Below the pieces are notes generated by a model. That model did no database searches. It saw only the letters and a list, made by a program, of their open reading frames with translations, and had not been told where the DNA came from. Position numbers and translations under genes: made by a program. A stretch of DNA of 63,571 bases, the filler included, from Hausera hauseri (Eukaryota), in the NCBI GenBank assembly GCA_046269625.1. It is 9 parts of 9 records of this genome, joined end to end, with 100 filler letters (N's around TTAATTAATTAA, not from the genome) between each part and the next. Parts side by side here need not be neighbours in the genome. Positions count along the whole stretch, not along the records: positions 38,154 to 43,874 come from JBJURY010199303.1; positions 43,975 to 50,336 come from JBJURY010107431.1; 7 more parts are not named here. One strand, 5' to 3'. This document shows positions 39,001 through 50,436 of this stretch, in pieces. Position 1 is the stretch's first letter, and each line of letters starts with the position of its first letter.

Positions 39001-39810
39001 CTTTGTATCTCGGCAATTCAATGTTGAGTCGACACTTTAAATCATCGGGCACATCATACATTTCGCGACCGATAAAATCAATCAGTTTAGATTTTGCGGC
39101 CGATAAAACGACATATTGCTCTTATACGGCTGTTTCGTTCAACTTTAAGTCCATGTTGAATTGACTGAAAGCATCACCAAGTTTTACAACATTTTCACTC
39201 GATAGCTGCTTTACACGATAACTGTACTTTAGTGTGGTCAAGAACACCGGATCATTCAACGAAATCTGTACGGGCGTTTGCAAATAATGCATTTCATACT
39301 TTCAAAAACGTCGCGTCGGTAAAAATATCGGTGTTTGATGCGTGGGCTTTAATTTTCGTTTCTGTATTCCATTAGTCATTTGCGCTTGTCGTTTTAATTT
39401 AGGCTCTTCTAATTGTTGGGCAGTTTCTATTTTCGGTTCCAGATAGTTGACATTAAAATTGTTGACACCAAGCACTCGTGATAAATCGGAACTTTCATCA
39501 TCATAACTATTGAGTATTATCGCTCTATCTTTGTCTGACATGCGTTTACCACTAATATTTCTCCCTTGCCGTTTTAATATCTGTTTTACTAATTGTTGGA
39601 CAGGTTTCGGTTCCCAGACAGTTGACATTGTCATTCTTGTCACCAAACAACCATGACCAATCTGTACTTTCGTCATTGTCAGAAGTATTATTGAGCAAAA
39701 TCGTTTTATTATCGTTTCTCATCGTAGGAATGTTTGAACGAATATGAGAATGATATTTATAGTCCATTGGCCAGAGTATGTAACTTTGATTCAGTAATTT
39801 TATTTTTAAT

Positions 39811-40247
39811 TCAGTGTTTAATTTTATTAATAGTAGTCTCATAGTTGACTGAAAGAATCCCCAATATGACAATTTTCCACCGTTAAACATATTGACACAA
39901 AGCGGTGGAATAGTGTTAGTCGCAGTACTGGAAACAGTTCGGGCTCATAAATACATTCGGTAGCCATTGCCAATTTGTTCCGATTAATTGATGGTGTGGT
40001 GGTGAGCAATCTAACTGAGTCGTTACCGTCATTGATTGAATTTGGTCAATGACAATTCCGAATGGTACATGTTTGTCATTTGTGACTGGTTTGCGACAAC
40101 CCATATACGACACTTTCCCAATGGAAATATGATGCACGTAATATCCGGTGGACATTTGTGGACATACTGCCTCGGCTTCCATTGATTAAGCGGCAGTGCA
40201 TTAATACACTCAGTAACATGTCCGCGGTAGTTAATATTGGCTATCAT
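39811..40247 (-). pseudogene. Polinton-encoded TBP-like protein (two repeats), frameshifted
   Basis: Repeat 1: IANINYRG...TCIIFPLGKCRI/MGC. Repeat 2: IQSMTVT...IN.NKLA...IYEPELFPVLRL...PLCVNMF..GKIVILG. Confidence 0.8.
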
Positions 40248-40277
40248 GATTGATTGAAACAGTGTTTATGCTGCACT

Positions 40278-40285
40278 TATTTATA
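40278..40285 (-). promoter_or_regulatory. TATA box in a 60-bp divergent intergenic region
   Basis: TATAAATA on the minus strand, 30 bp before the TBP-like ATG at 40247. The ATPase ATG is at 40308. Confidence 0.45.
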
Positions 40286-40307
40286 TGTGCGTGTGATAAT
40301 AAACAAA

Positions 40308-40963
40308 ATGTATAAGAAATGCATCACCAACGACCTAAAGCTGCATAATAGTGCCATTTTTCAGAATGTAGGCCACAGTGGAAGTGGCAAAACGCACTTT
40401 TTTTGCAAATTGCTGTAGAACTACCGTGACATATTCCAATCGCCGCAATTCAACCATATTTACTGGCATCAGGGCAGTAGTGATGATGGAGAGTCCGGTT
40501 TGACACATCAGGAATTTTGTAAACTGAAATCAATAACGGTAATTGATGGGTTTAATGAGAACTGGTCTAAACAATTACGCAACGGTGACGTTAATGTCAT
40601 TGACGATTTATTTCAAGAGGCAACGAAACATACCGACTTCAACAACCTGTTCACGAATATTAACGACACCGTGGTGTGACGGTTATTTGCATTACGCAAA
40701 ACATGTTCCATCAGGGCGGACAGCATCGAACAAGAAATCTAAATGTACACTATTTGATGTTGTTCAAAAATTCCTGTGGTCAGGCTATCATTGATTATGT
40801 TGCACTACAAGCATTTCTTCACAACCGAGCCTACTTGATAGATTCATATCATGATGTTGCGAACAAACTTCATGGATATTTGTTTATTGACTTTACACAG
40901 CAGTGTTCAGATTACATGCGTGTACGAACAGATATCTTTAATCAGAAAGGTGTGTGTCTATGA
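40308..40963 (+). pseudogene. A32/FtsK-like DNA packaging ATPase
   Basis: Walker A GHSGSGKT, Walker B VIDD, RH, ITQN.F, R..NLN.HY..LFKN, HGYLFID. One stop and one frameshift. Confidence 0.93.
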
Positions 40964-41203
40964 ACAAATTCGAAAATCTACATGACTATAATAAAAATGA
41001 AGAAATTCCAAAAAACAATGGTTAAACGTAAACCTACCAAGCGGGTGTCCGGCAAGAAATGTGTATCAAAACGAACCGCTACAGTTAAGCGATTAATTAG
41101 TTTTGTGCTTTAAACAACAACAGTAGCATCTAGATGCTACTTACCGTCAAAGTAGCAACGGTTATAAACAACTACGTCTCATCAGCATCAATGCGTCTAA
41201 AAA

Positions 41204-41527
41204 ATGCTATTCAAACGTAGTCAGCCGTACTTCATTGCTTTGCTCAAGGCACCTATGAGACATAAGCGAAACATGCTACGATGATTCCCGCAATGTATAG
41301 TAGACGATTTGATGGAAATTTTGTATAATATCGTTGAAAGTCACGTTGACATTGGTAGTGGAAAGCGGAATTTACTAAAGTATCGAAAACGACTCATTGG
41401 TCTTGCCAACTCTCGTAGTAAACTACTGGAATGAGAGGTTATGTACCAGCAAGGTGGCGGATTCCTTGATGCAATTCTACCAGTTGTCACGCCATTACTG
41501 GGTAGACTCATTGGTAAAACAGTTTAG
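41204..41527 (+). pseudogene. Basic Polinton core-like protein with QQGGGFL and an amphipathic tail
   Basis: LMEILYNIV...LLKYRKRLIGLAN...QQGGGFLDAILPVVTPLLG. Two TGA stops. Confidence 0.7.
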
Positions 41528-41638
41528 CATAAACAATGACGGTAAGTATATGATGATTTAGCGATATGGGTGCAGGGTTTTTATTATTTTGTCCCAGTTT
41601 ATCGAATCTTTCATTAACGTTTCGTTCTAATTGCTGCA

Positions 41639-42717
41639 ATGCAAACAAAAATGACATCATCGACGACAACAATGGACGACGTGTGGTTCGATCCGCGTCA
41701 TCCCGACGAGTATACTGGCGTCGACAAACTAGCCAAGACTGTCAAGCGGAATCGGCACGAGACCCAACGTTGGCTTAGAAAACAATTTGCATACAGCCTA
41801 AATAAACCGATAAGCAGATGGTTTCCAACTAGCATATACCATGTTGCCGGTGTAAATAACGTATGGCATACGGATCTGATGGAAATGATTCCGTACGCTA
41901 GCAATAACGATGGGTATTGGTACGTGCTGACATGTGTTGATGTGTTTTTAGTTGTTTCGCACGTGAAATTGCAATAAAATCCAAATTCGGTAGAGAGATT
42001 GCAGACGCTGTTCACAGATTAGTTGAACAACAATAACCACCGAAACATGTACAAACGGATTTGGGTAAGGAATTCTACAATGCCAACGTTGCAACGGTTG
42101 TGAAACGGTTCAGCGCAAACTACTACTCGGTGTTTTCCCAATACAAGGCAGCACATGTTGAATGTTTTAATTGAACATTGCGAGGTCGCCTAAACAAATT
42201 CCTTACGAAGCAAGGCAAGAAACGCTGGACATATGTACTGCCGGATATTATTCTTGCATACAATCATTCGACACATCGTGGCATCAATGGATTACGGCCG
42301 GTGGATGTAATCGATGATTTGGATATGCGGCTTTACGAAAACGGAATACAACGACGACGACGACGACGACCAATTAAACTTCCCAAGTATAAAATCCGTA
42401 ATTATGTGCTTATTTGAAAGCTGAGTACGATGCCATTCATTAAGAATTTCAATCAAAACTGGAGCGATAAGATTTTCCGAATTTCAGCAATCAACACAAA
42501 TGAAACACCTGTTATATACGTTTTAGAAGATGAAAATGGTGACGAAATACGTGGCTAATTTTACGAATAGGAACTGCAAGTACTACCGGAAAAAAGTTTT
42601 GTGTATCGTATTCAGGAAATTCTACGTTCATGTGGCAAAGGTTCGAATAAACAATATATCGTCAAGTGGCACGGATACACTACATCGAGTTGGATATTTG
42701 CATTGCAGATTGAGTAA
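41639..42717 (+). pseudogene. Polinton retroviral-like integrase with a C-terminal chromodomain
   Basis: WHTDL, LTCVDVF, QTDLGKEF, VECFN*TL, YNHSTHRGI, NWS..IF, YIVKWHGY...SWI. Confidence 0.93.
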
Positions 42718-43771
42718 TGAGCATTTATTTGGTACTTAATAATAACAGGGTATAAGAACATGACAACAGCAATAACGCTGAACGGTTTACCATGGCGTTG
42801 GACCAGCCGCTCGACTTACGCCAGGTAGCCTGGGAATTGGCTTTGGTTGAATTTACATTTACATTTCTACCAATAACACAACATGAGAACAGTGGTATAT
42901 ACTATACTCTACTAAGAAAATCTCCTGCATCTAGTCATTTGCATTTAGTCCGAAACTCTAATGGAATATTTCATGTTTGCAATTAAAAGCGGCAATATTT
43001 CCCCGTTTATGTTTTTCATTTAAACAATAGATTGGTGCCAAAACACAAACATCCGATTGAATTGCAATTTAAATCACTAACCGATGCCCAGACATGGGGT
43101 TTTCAATCTGCCAATGTGCGCTAGAAATGTCTGCAGCTCCGTGGACATAGCATAATTAGTGAAAATTGGACTTTTACATGAAAATCACCGATATTACAGT
43201 GAACTGACAAAAGACTGAATCATTCTTTTACTCTCATACAACAGGAAATGATTTTTTTACGGAAACGGAAACAGAATTGTGTGCAACCATTAAGGCAGTA
43301 GCTAAATTGGCCCTCAAGACACTTGAGTTAAACTCTGATGGCAGTATTTCGTTTACACTACATGATAATGTTATATATTTTGCCTTTGATGAACTACTGT
43401 CACGGGATTTTGGTTTTAAGAAACGGGAATTCGGTCAATGCGGCCGTGGACAACCCATTATGGCTAAGCACAAATCAGGTCTCCAAGAAGCATGTCCTTG
43501 AATCAATATTTTAGCGGATCTAACCGAAACCGTATATCTTGGCGGAGATTGTAAACAACTATTGGGTTATATTGGACTGGATTCGGACACGTACAAAACA
43601 CCGGTCGAAACTGCTCACGTAAATATTATATGGCTCATGTATTTATCATTGTATCAAAATGTTGTGCACAGTATTGGCGTGTATATAGTCGACGAATTTT
43701 GGAAACCCTTTAAATTTCTGTTTGGAGCCAAGACACATGTGATGCTACATTTTCGTCGTCGTTGTCAATAA
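42717..43771 (+). pseudogene. Minor capsid (penton) protein
   Basis: N-terminal N..RF...LDQPLDL...WELALVE and C-terminal I.VYIVD...F.F.....V.LHFRR. The start overlaps the integrase stop (TAATG). Confidence 0.8.
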
Positions 43772-43785
43772 TAAACAAACTGCGT

Positions 43786-43798
43786 TATCACTATCACT

Positions 43799-43874
<76 letters not shown>
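43786..43874. repeat. (CAT)n microsatellite
   Basis: About 25 perfect CAT units running to the contig end. Confidence 0.98.
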
Positions 43875-44013
43875 NNNNNNNNNNNNNNNNNNNNNNNNNN
43901 NNNNNNNNNNNNNNNNNNTTAATTAATTAANNNNNNNNNNNNNNNNNNNNNNNNNNNNNNNNNNNNNNNNNNNNATAGATGAAATTTCAGTTAACGTTTT
44001 TCTTTTTTAAACA

Positions 44014-44480
44014 ATGTCTTTTGAAAACAATTCAGCAGGTGACAGTCTCTCAAAAAAGCCACGATACAGTAAATATTCGCTCAGAAGGTCTCTTTTTTTA
44101 ATGGATACAACTTACATTATCTGCGCAACGCTATTCAACTGCCATTGACGCAAGCGGCCAAAATCAAACCGGTGAAATATGGTTTATTGGAGAAAAAGAT
44201 CAGCGACGATGATTTGGATAAGATGGAAGACACAATTAGAAAAGTTGACAGTGATTTGGCGTTGAGTAACTATATCCGAAATACATTGTCGATTTTTCTC
44301 AAAGGAAATATGGTGAAAATTGTCGGTTCATATGATGGTGGAGAAACAGCAGTAGCATTAGCAGCAGTTTTGCCACCAGATGGAGCTAAAGGCCATCTAA
44401 CATTGAAGTTGAAAGAATACAAGGATCTGCACGGCGTTAAATCACCAATATTAAAGTAGGGAAAGTTTACGCTAATTTGA
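44014..44480 (+). pseudogene. Polinton ORF convergent with pPolB, copy 2
   Basis: Paralog of 10534-11005. Confidence 0.5.
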
Positions 44481-44716
44481 CTTTGTTTTTAATTTTAGCG
44501 TATGATGATAAATAAAATTTATTGGTTTTGTTTGTTTTTCATATTGGTTCTCGTGACATTAAATGAAATATAAAGTTACTTTAAATGATGATAATAATAA
44601 TAATAAAACAAAAGCAAAACAACGAAGAATATATATTATTTATAAAATGTAGATCACAACAAAATTTCAAAGTCAATTGACCTGTCTGCAACGAAATCTG
44701 AACGCGCATGCGTGTT

Positions 44717-47700
44717 TTATTTCAAACGCCAATGTCAGTACACCAAACTATTATTTCACCCCACCCACTTACAATTATCATCATTCATGATAAAGCGACT
44801 TTTTTATTCGTTACAGTATACAGCTGGTGCTCAATCGATCGTATGATCGTTTGTGACACAACAGCCTTTGATTAGCCTCCTTCTTCATAAATACGTCGAT
44901 AATCACCGTGATGGATTTCCGTCTGTCTCAGCTGGACTCTTTTTGACTGAATTTTCGGTCCACAGTCCGTCAGAAGACTGTAGCACTTTGGACGTAGGAA
45001 TATACATTCCAGATACTGAACCCTGCCTTCACTTTCATCCTTGAATCAGCCTATTTTGTTGGTGATCGCGCTGCTGTACAACGGATGACTCGGTGGATAG
45101 TTGGACGTGTCCAATAGTCCATCTGCCATCATTTGCCGGAGCAGTTGGTCGCGATTGACGTTTCTCAGCTCTAGGAAAAAGCTGTCTATGTCACCGGCAA
45201 CGATACTGATCTCACAGCCATCGAACATTTGCCGGTAACGTGCCAAGTCGCGATACTGGAATTCGTACATTCGCAACTTGTACAGGTCAAATACCACTTG
45301 TCCGATGTAACTTGGCCGGTCCAGAACGACTTCTTCCCGGTTTAACAGCACAGCAACCAATTCATCGACAATGCACATTGACCGCCGAAATTGCACCTTA
45401 CTCGTGTACGTGACCAACCGCTTTTCGCTACTGCATAGGCGTACATTGAGCCGCTTTTTTAGATTCTCCACTGTTTTCCGTATAGGGAATTGTTTTTCAG
45501 CTTGTAGTAGTCCTTTTCGAACTTTGTGCAAGTTGCGGCTTGCTTCTCCGAATTTCCATCTATGTACGCCTTGAATATGTGAGCCTGTGTGAATCGGATT
45601 GCACAATGTATCTGCACGACGCATACACCCAACTGCATGTAGAGCTGTAGCAGACGCCAATGGACCACGTAATTCAGCTCCGGTTCATGCATCGTGAACA
45701 GTTTCTTCACTTTTGAGCCTGGTGGACATTGGTTAAATGGTGCGACCGGTAAATCGTCCAAAACGTCGTGCAGTGCATGTGATACCACGAGGTCGACCTC
45801 CATCAGGTATCCGACTGAGCCTGCCATGTCTGCTTGTGGTAGGTTGACCATTATGTCGTCCAGGACTTGTATGTCAACTACCCATTCGAATGAGCTGTAC
45901 GGCAAGGGTTGCGAAAGCGTTCAGCGGTACAGCTTATTACTATCAATATACAGCAGTGATGTGGTATCGGCGGTAGCACTGACCTGATGCTTGTTGGCAA
46001 ATGTCATGCCGCAGTGAATACCAACATCAAACAGCCAGGATATTTCCGGGTCTTGCAGCAGCTCAATGTCTCGATCCAGTGACATTAGAGCTGACGCCCA
46101 ACTCATTCCCGTTATGGAATAAAAGTTGAGTGCCTCCAGCCTATCTTCAGCCAACGCTTTTGCTCGAAACTCCTGGAACACATCGGCAAACAGGTATACA
46201 TCCAGTTTAAGATACTGTAGCTTGTACTCCAACAGGGTTCTACAGCCGAGCTCTGCCAAAAACTATTGTGCTTTGTGATAGTCTTCTGTAATACCGGGCC
46301 ATTGCGGTGGTAATTCGTCTGTCGTCTGGAGCCGCTCGTACGATATAGCAAAGTCATACGGGAATATGCCTTTGCTACGTGCAATGTGTGGTGAACTGAG
46401 TCACTGTTAGTGGCACATCTGGCAAGACATTCACCAGCTTTGCCAGAGATTCATTGAGAAATTGCAATGAATCGACGAAGCGTACCTGGAACCGGTTTAT
46501 ACAAGCAGACAGTGGCGGGTATTTCTCCATCGTAGTCGGAATTATGGATAGTTGCCAGTGCGGAAATCCGTTTATGGATCATTTCAGAATATGGTGACAG
46601 TCATAACCTCGGAAATTATGAAAGATCGCCGGTAGTAATGGCCGAATGCGCCTTTCCAAATTGTATGAATTACATGCAGCGCTAAAGTATTCACTTGTAA
46701 AATGATCGTGATCCGATACGAGCAGTTCCTGTGCATCAAACGTCAATATTTTGAGCCAGAGGTAGCATTCATCGGTGGCTGCAAACATCACTTGTCCGTA
46801 TTCGTCTATCCAGATCAGTGACTTAGTGGAATTATTGCGATACCACGGCGCAATTTCCGTTTCTACTTTTGTTTCCAACTGATGTATGAAATAACGCACA
46901 CAGTACCAACCGTAAAACGCATAATACTGCGGCTGACCAGTGGCTTTTATCGGAACCAGCATACCTACGGCGGTTGGTATGTTTTTGGCCGTAGATGTTG
47001 TGCCGCGATAGAATTGCCTCGATATCGGCATATGCTGCATATGACGGACTGTCCGTTTTTGACCAGTCAGTGAATCTTAGCTCCTTTTTGACAGTCATGA
47101 CATACATTGTTGTTCCTGATGCATTATGTCTTCACAGCGCCATATGCTCTTCCCATGTCGCTTCTGATCTGAATCCATGCAAACACAGCGGACACCATTT
47201 ACATCTTATTTGTTTCTGGATAAACAGGTCATGCGCCATATTCAGCAGTCTGTCCAGATTTGTCACTGCTACGTAATGAAATCGGTCATTCTGTTCCAAC
47301 AGCATTAAATTCACTAGGCGTCCATTCGGGTTTCGACTGCGATAGATTATGTCCACATGCGGATTTTTGTAAATGTCTCCATCTGCTGGTATTTCCAGTA
47401 TTGTGTTGTACCGGAAAACGTTGGTGTACAGCGTCGGATTACGCCGTTCAAATGTCGGGATGGATTTCAATTTCATTGGCATCCAGCTTTCGTCGCAGTC
47501 CAATTCGGAGAAATACTGCCGATACAGATTTGGACGACTCGCATTGTCTGGCCACTTCATCATATTTCAATACGACCAGAATATTGTAAAGAAAGCAGTA
47601 TTCATTGTCCGTACTTTGCACATTCACGACCGCACAAGACTGTCGTAAAGCTGCATGTGTCGGTATGAATGATCGGCGGGATAAATAAATGACATCACTC

Positions 47701-47978
47701 GACTTTCTTATAATAAAGCCAAGTGTGACAATTTTCATAATTCGCAATCCACTACCCTTTTCCGTGTAGTTGGCGATTTTCTCACCGAGCTTTTCGCCAA
47801 TGTCCGCAATAAAATCTTCTGAATAAGGTACAGCTCGATGTGACAGGTACCATTGTTTCCTGTCGCCCTGTACATTTTCAAATTCTGCAAGTGCATAATA
47901 TTGCGTAATATTGCACTTTGCAGTGTTTGAATTTCCGAACTTCAGCTTGCAATCGGTTTCGCACACTGGACGGGACAT
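44717..47978 (-). pseudogene. Polinton protein-primed DNA polymerase B, copy 2
   Basis: GSG, DNEYCF, HYVAV, YADIE, DHDHFT, FHNFRGYD, YLKLDV, YIDSN.LY, YKLKNNSLYGK, GDIDSF. Confidence 0.93.
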
Positions 47979-47999
47979 GACTCAATTACGTTCTTGTGT

Positions 48000-48641
48000 T
48001 CGCGGACAAGTCCACCTTCATGTCCATGTACAAACTGTTTAGATCGTACTTGACGGTAATGGGAAAATTGACTTCCTATTCCTGCTATTCCTGTTGCGTC
48101 TGTTCCTCCTTATCTGTACTGCTTCGGATTAATTCGCCGAGGCTTGTGGAGGCCTGACGTTTTATGCTGCTTGTTGATGGGATGTTGTTGCTTTTTGTTG
48201 CGTCCATTAGTATCTGTTTTTTCGACCGCTTAAACTGGTTCAGATGGTCTTTGTGCTGAATATAATTGTTCATAGTTGATTTGTCATCAACTATATAACA
48301 ACCGGGACAAACATAGACCCGTTTACTGTGCACCGTTGTGTTAGTACCATAGTATTGCTCCATTGCATAATGGCAACCAGCAACGTCGTGAACTCTACTA
48401 GTACAGTAACGTGGGTATGTGGGGCAATGCGCAAGCATCATCTTTTTAGACCGCGTAAACGGCCCGAGATGATGCTTGTGCATCTCGTAAAAGTCAGCGT
48501 ACGGGCATTTGGTTTAAACGTTGCACGTTGGACACAAATATGTGTCGTCCGTGCCAACGCCGTAATACTTCGCCATCTGCTGATAACACTGGTATTCATC
48601 TTCGTGCATGCATGATACTCAATACATGGGATACTGAACAC
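48000..48641 (-). pseudogene. Cys/His-rich ORF upstream of pPolB, copy 2
   Basis: Paralog of 14560-15242. Confidence 0.55.
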
Positions 48642-50436
48642 ATTTCTAAATAAAATAAATTAACATTTGTTATAGATTAACTTCATAAATAAAACAAATT
48701 AAAATAAGTGTAAAATACAATATATATTAATACTTTAAACTAAATTGCTACTTCTACGGCAGTGATGATGGTGGTTGTGGTGATGGTGGTCTAAGGGGGA
48801 TTATAAATATTGGTCACGTAATGCCACCACAAATAAAACACATGGAAGCGTAGATAGAAACCGAGATTCCGCGATTGACCGACGATATTTTGACCGGACA
48901 TGTGTTTGACGTACAGTACCTATGTGAGCTGTCGGAAATGAGAATAATGAGCCGGCGAGAGTACAATGAATTAATAGTCCGGTATCTTTTGGCGAAACGC
49001 ATAGAAGACTAAATGAAACAAAAGCAACGACGGATTAAACTTTTCATAGAATTCGTATTTTCTGTTTCATTTTGTATTGTAATGAAAAAGTTGATTGACC
49101 GTATTTAACCACACATTTGTATTATAATTATATATAATTTTCTATGTATTTGTTTTTATGCATCAATGTAATGTATTTCACGTTCTCGCTACATTGCAGT
49201 GGGATTACAACATGTCCCACTTGACTTAACTCATTGCTCTGTATCACTCATTCGACGATCTCAGGAGTCACCTTTACAATCTCGATCGACCTTTACATAA
49301 TGATGCTTGGTACTCGTCGGGTGAAAATATGCTATTGCGTGCAGAGGCCAATTGGAGGGCACGTGACCCTATGTACGCCATATGAAGCATATTGTTGGTG
49401 ATATGAATGCATTATATAGGTGCAATTTTCTACACGTATCAGAAATTGGCGGATGGCTATGCGTTGTGAGATAATAAGCGTCAAGTACGGTTTCTAGATG
49501 ATCTTATAAAATGTTATCAACTTTTCCCAATGTGACAGCCAGCGAAGAAGATTTGCTTGAAGCAACATTGCAACATGATTACTTCCGATGGTCTCGATCA
49601 TTCTCCTATCGAATTACCTAATCCCTATGGATTGTGTAATCGGATTACATTTGAACTGCTGAGTTGCAGATGTGGTGATCTTATATTACAAGAAGAAGAC
49701 GATGACGATAAAGAAATATAATAAAAGTTTAATACAAACGTTGTTTTTACTACTAAACAAGACGGTTAAAATGAGGTAGGTGGGGCAATAGTGGTGTCCG
49801 AAAACTAGGTCAGACATAAAATGCTTGCTATAGTCAAATAGGTGTGGAAATGCGGTTGTCCGGAAGTGGGTCACAGAAAAACATTTCTCCTACCCAAGTC
49901 ATCTTACTGAGTCCAAATATGTAGGTGTCAGAAACTAGGTCAGTACAAAAAATTTTTCCGACTCAACCCATTGCGTCAATAAAATAAAAGAAAATTATAC
50001 AATAAAACAAAACAATATATAAATAAATTAAATAAATTAAATTTGAAATAAAATTAATAAACTAAATAAAATTATAATTCAAAGACCAAAACTTACGTGG
50101 TCCATTTTTCGGCGATAACGAATTCGTAGAAATGACGATAAGCTAAGTGTCGTGATATTATATACGTGGTAGTGTGTGCCTTGGTAATACTTTACTGACA
50201 AGCACTGTTGACTAGGAAAACTGACTTTAAGTTGAAAAACCAACATCTAACCAGATGTCCATTATTTGGAGAATGCCCTTTACACTAATACTACTAGAAT
50301 AAATCATGAGAAAAACAAAAACCCGTGCGCAACGACNNNNNNNNNNNNNNNNNNNNNNNNNNNNNNNNNNNNNNNNNNNNTTAATTAATTAANNNNNNNN
50401 NNNNNNNNNNNNNNNNNNNNNNNNNNNNNNNNNNNN

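Larger units (their letters stand above)
38154..43771. mobile_element. Polinton/Maverick (adintovirus-like) core segment
   Basis: Packaging ATPase, chromo-integrase, penton and a GGF-containing core-like protein in a compact intronless array. Confidence 0.92.

Noticed and set aside
49140-49725. Degenerate plus-strand ORF with HDY, possible phospholipase A2
   Set aside because: Too few motifs and several stops.
38154-50336. Treating contigs F and G as one continuous Polinton
   Set aside because: Plausible, but they are separated by an artificial spacer, so order and linkage are unproven.
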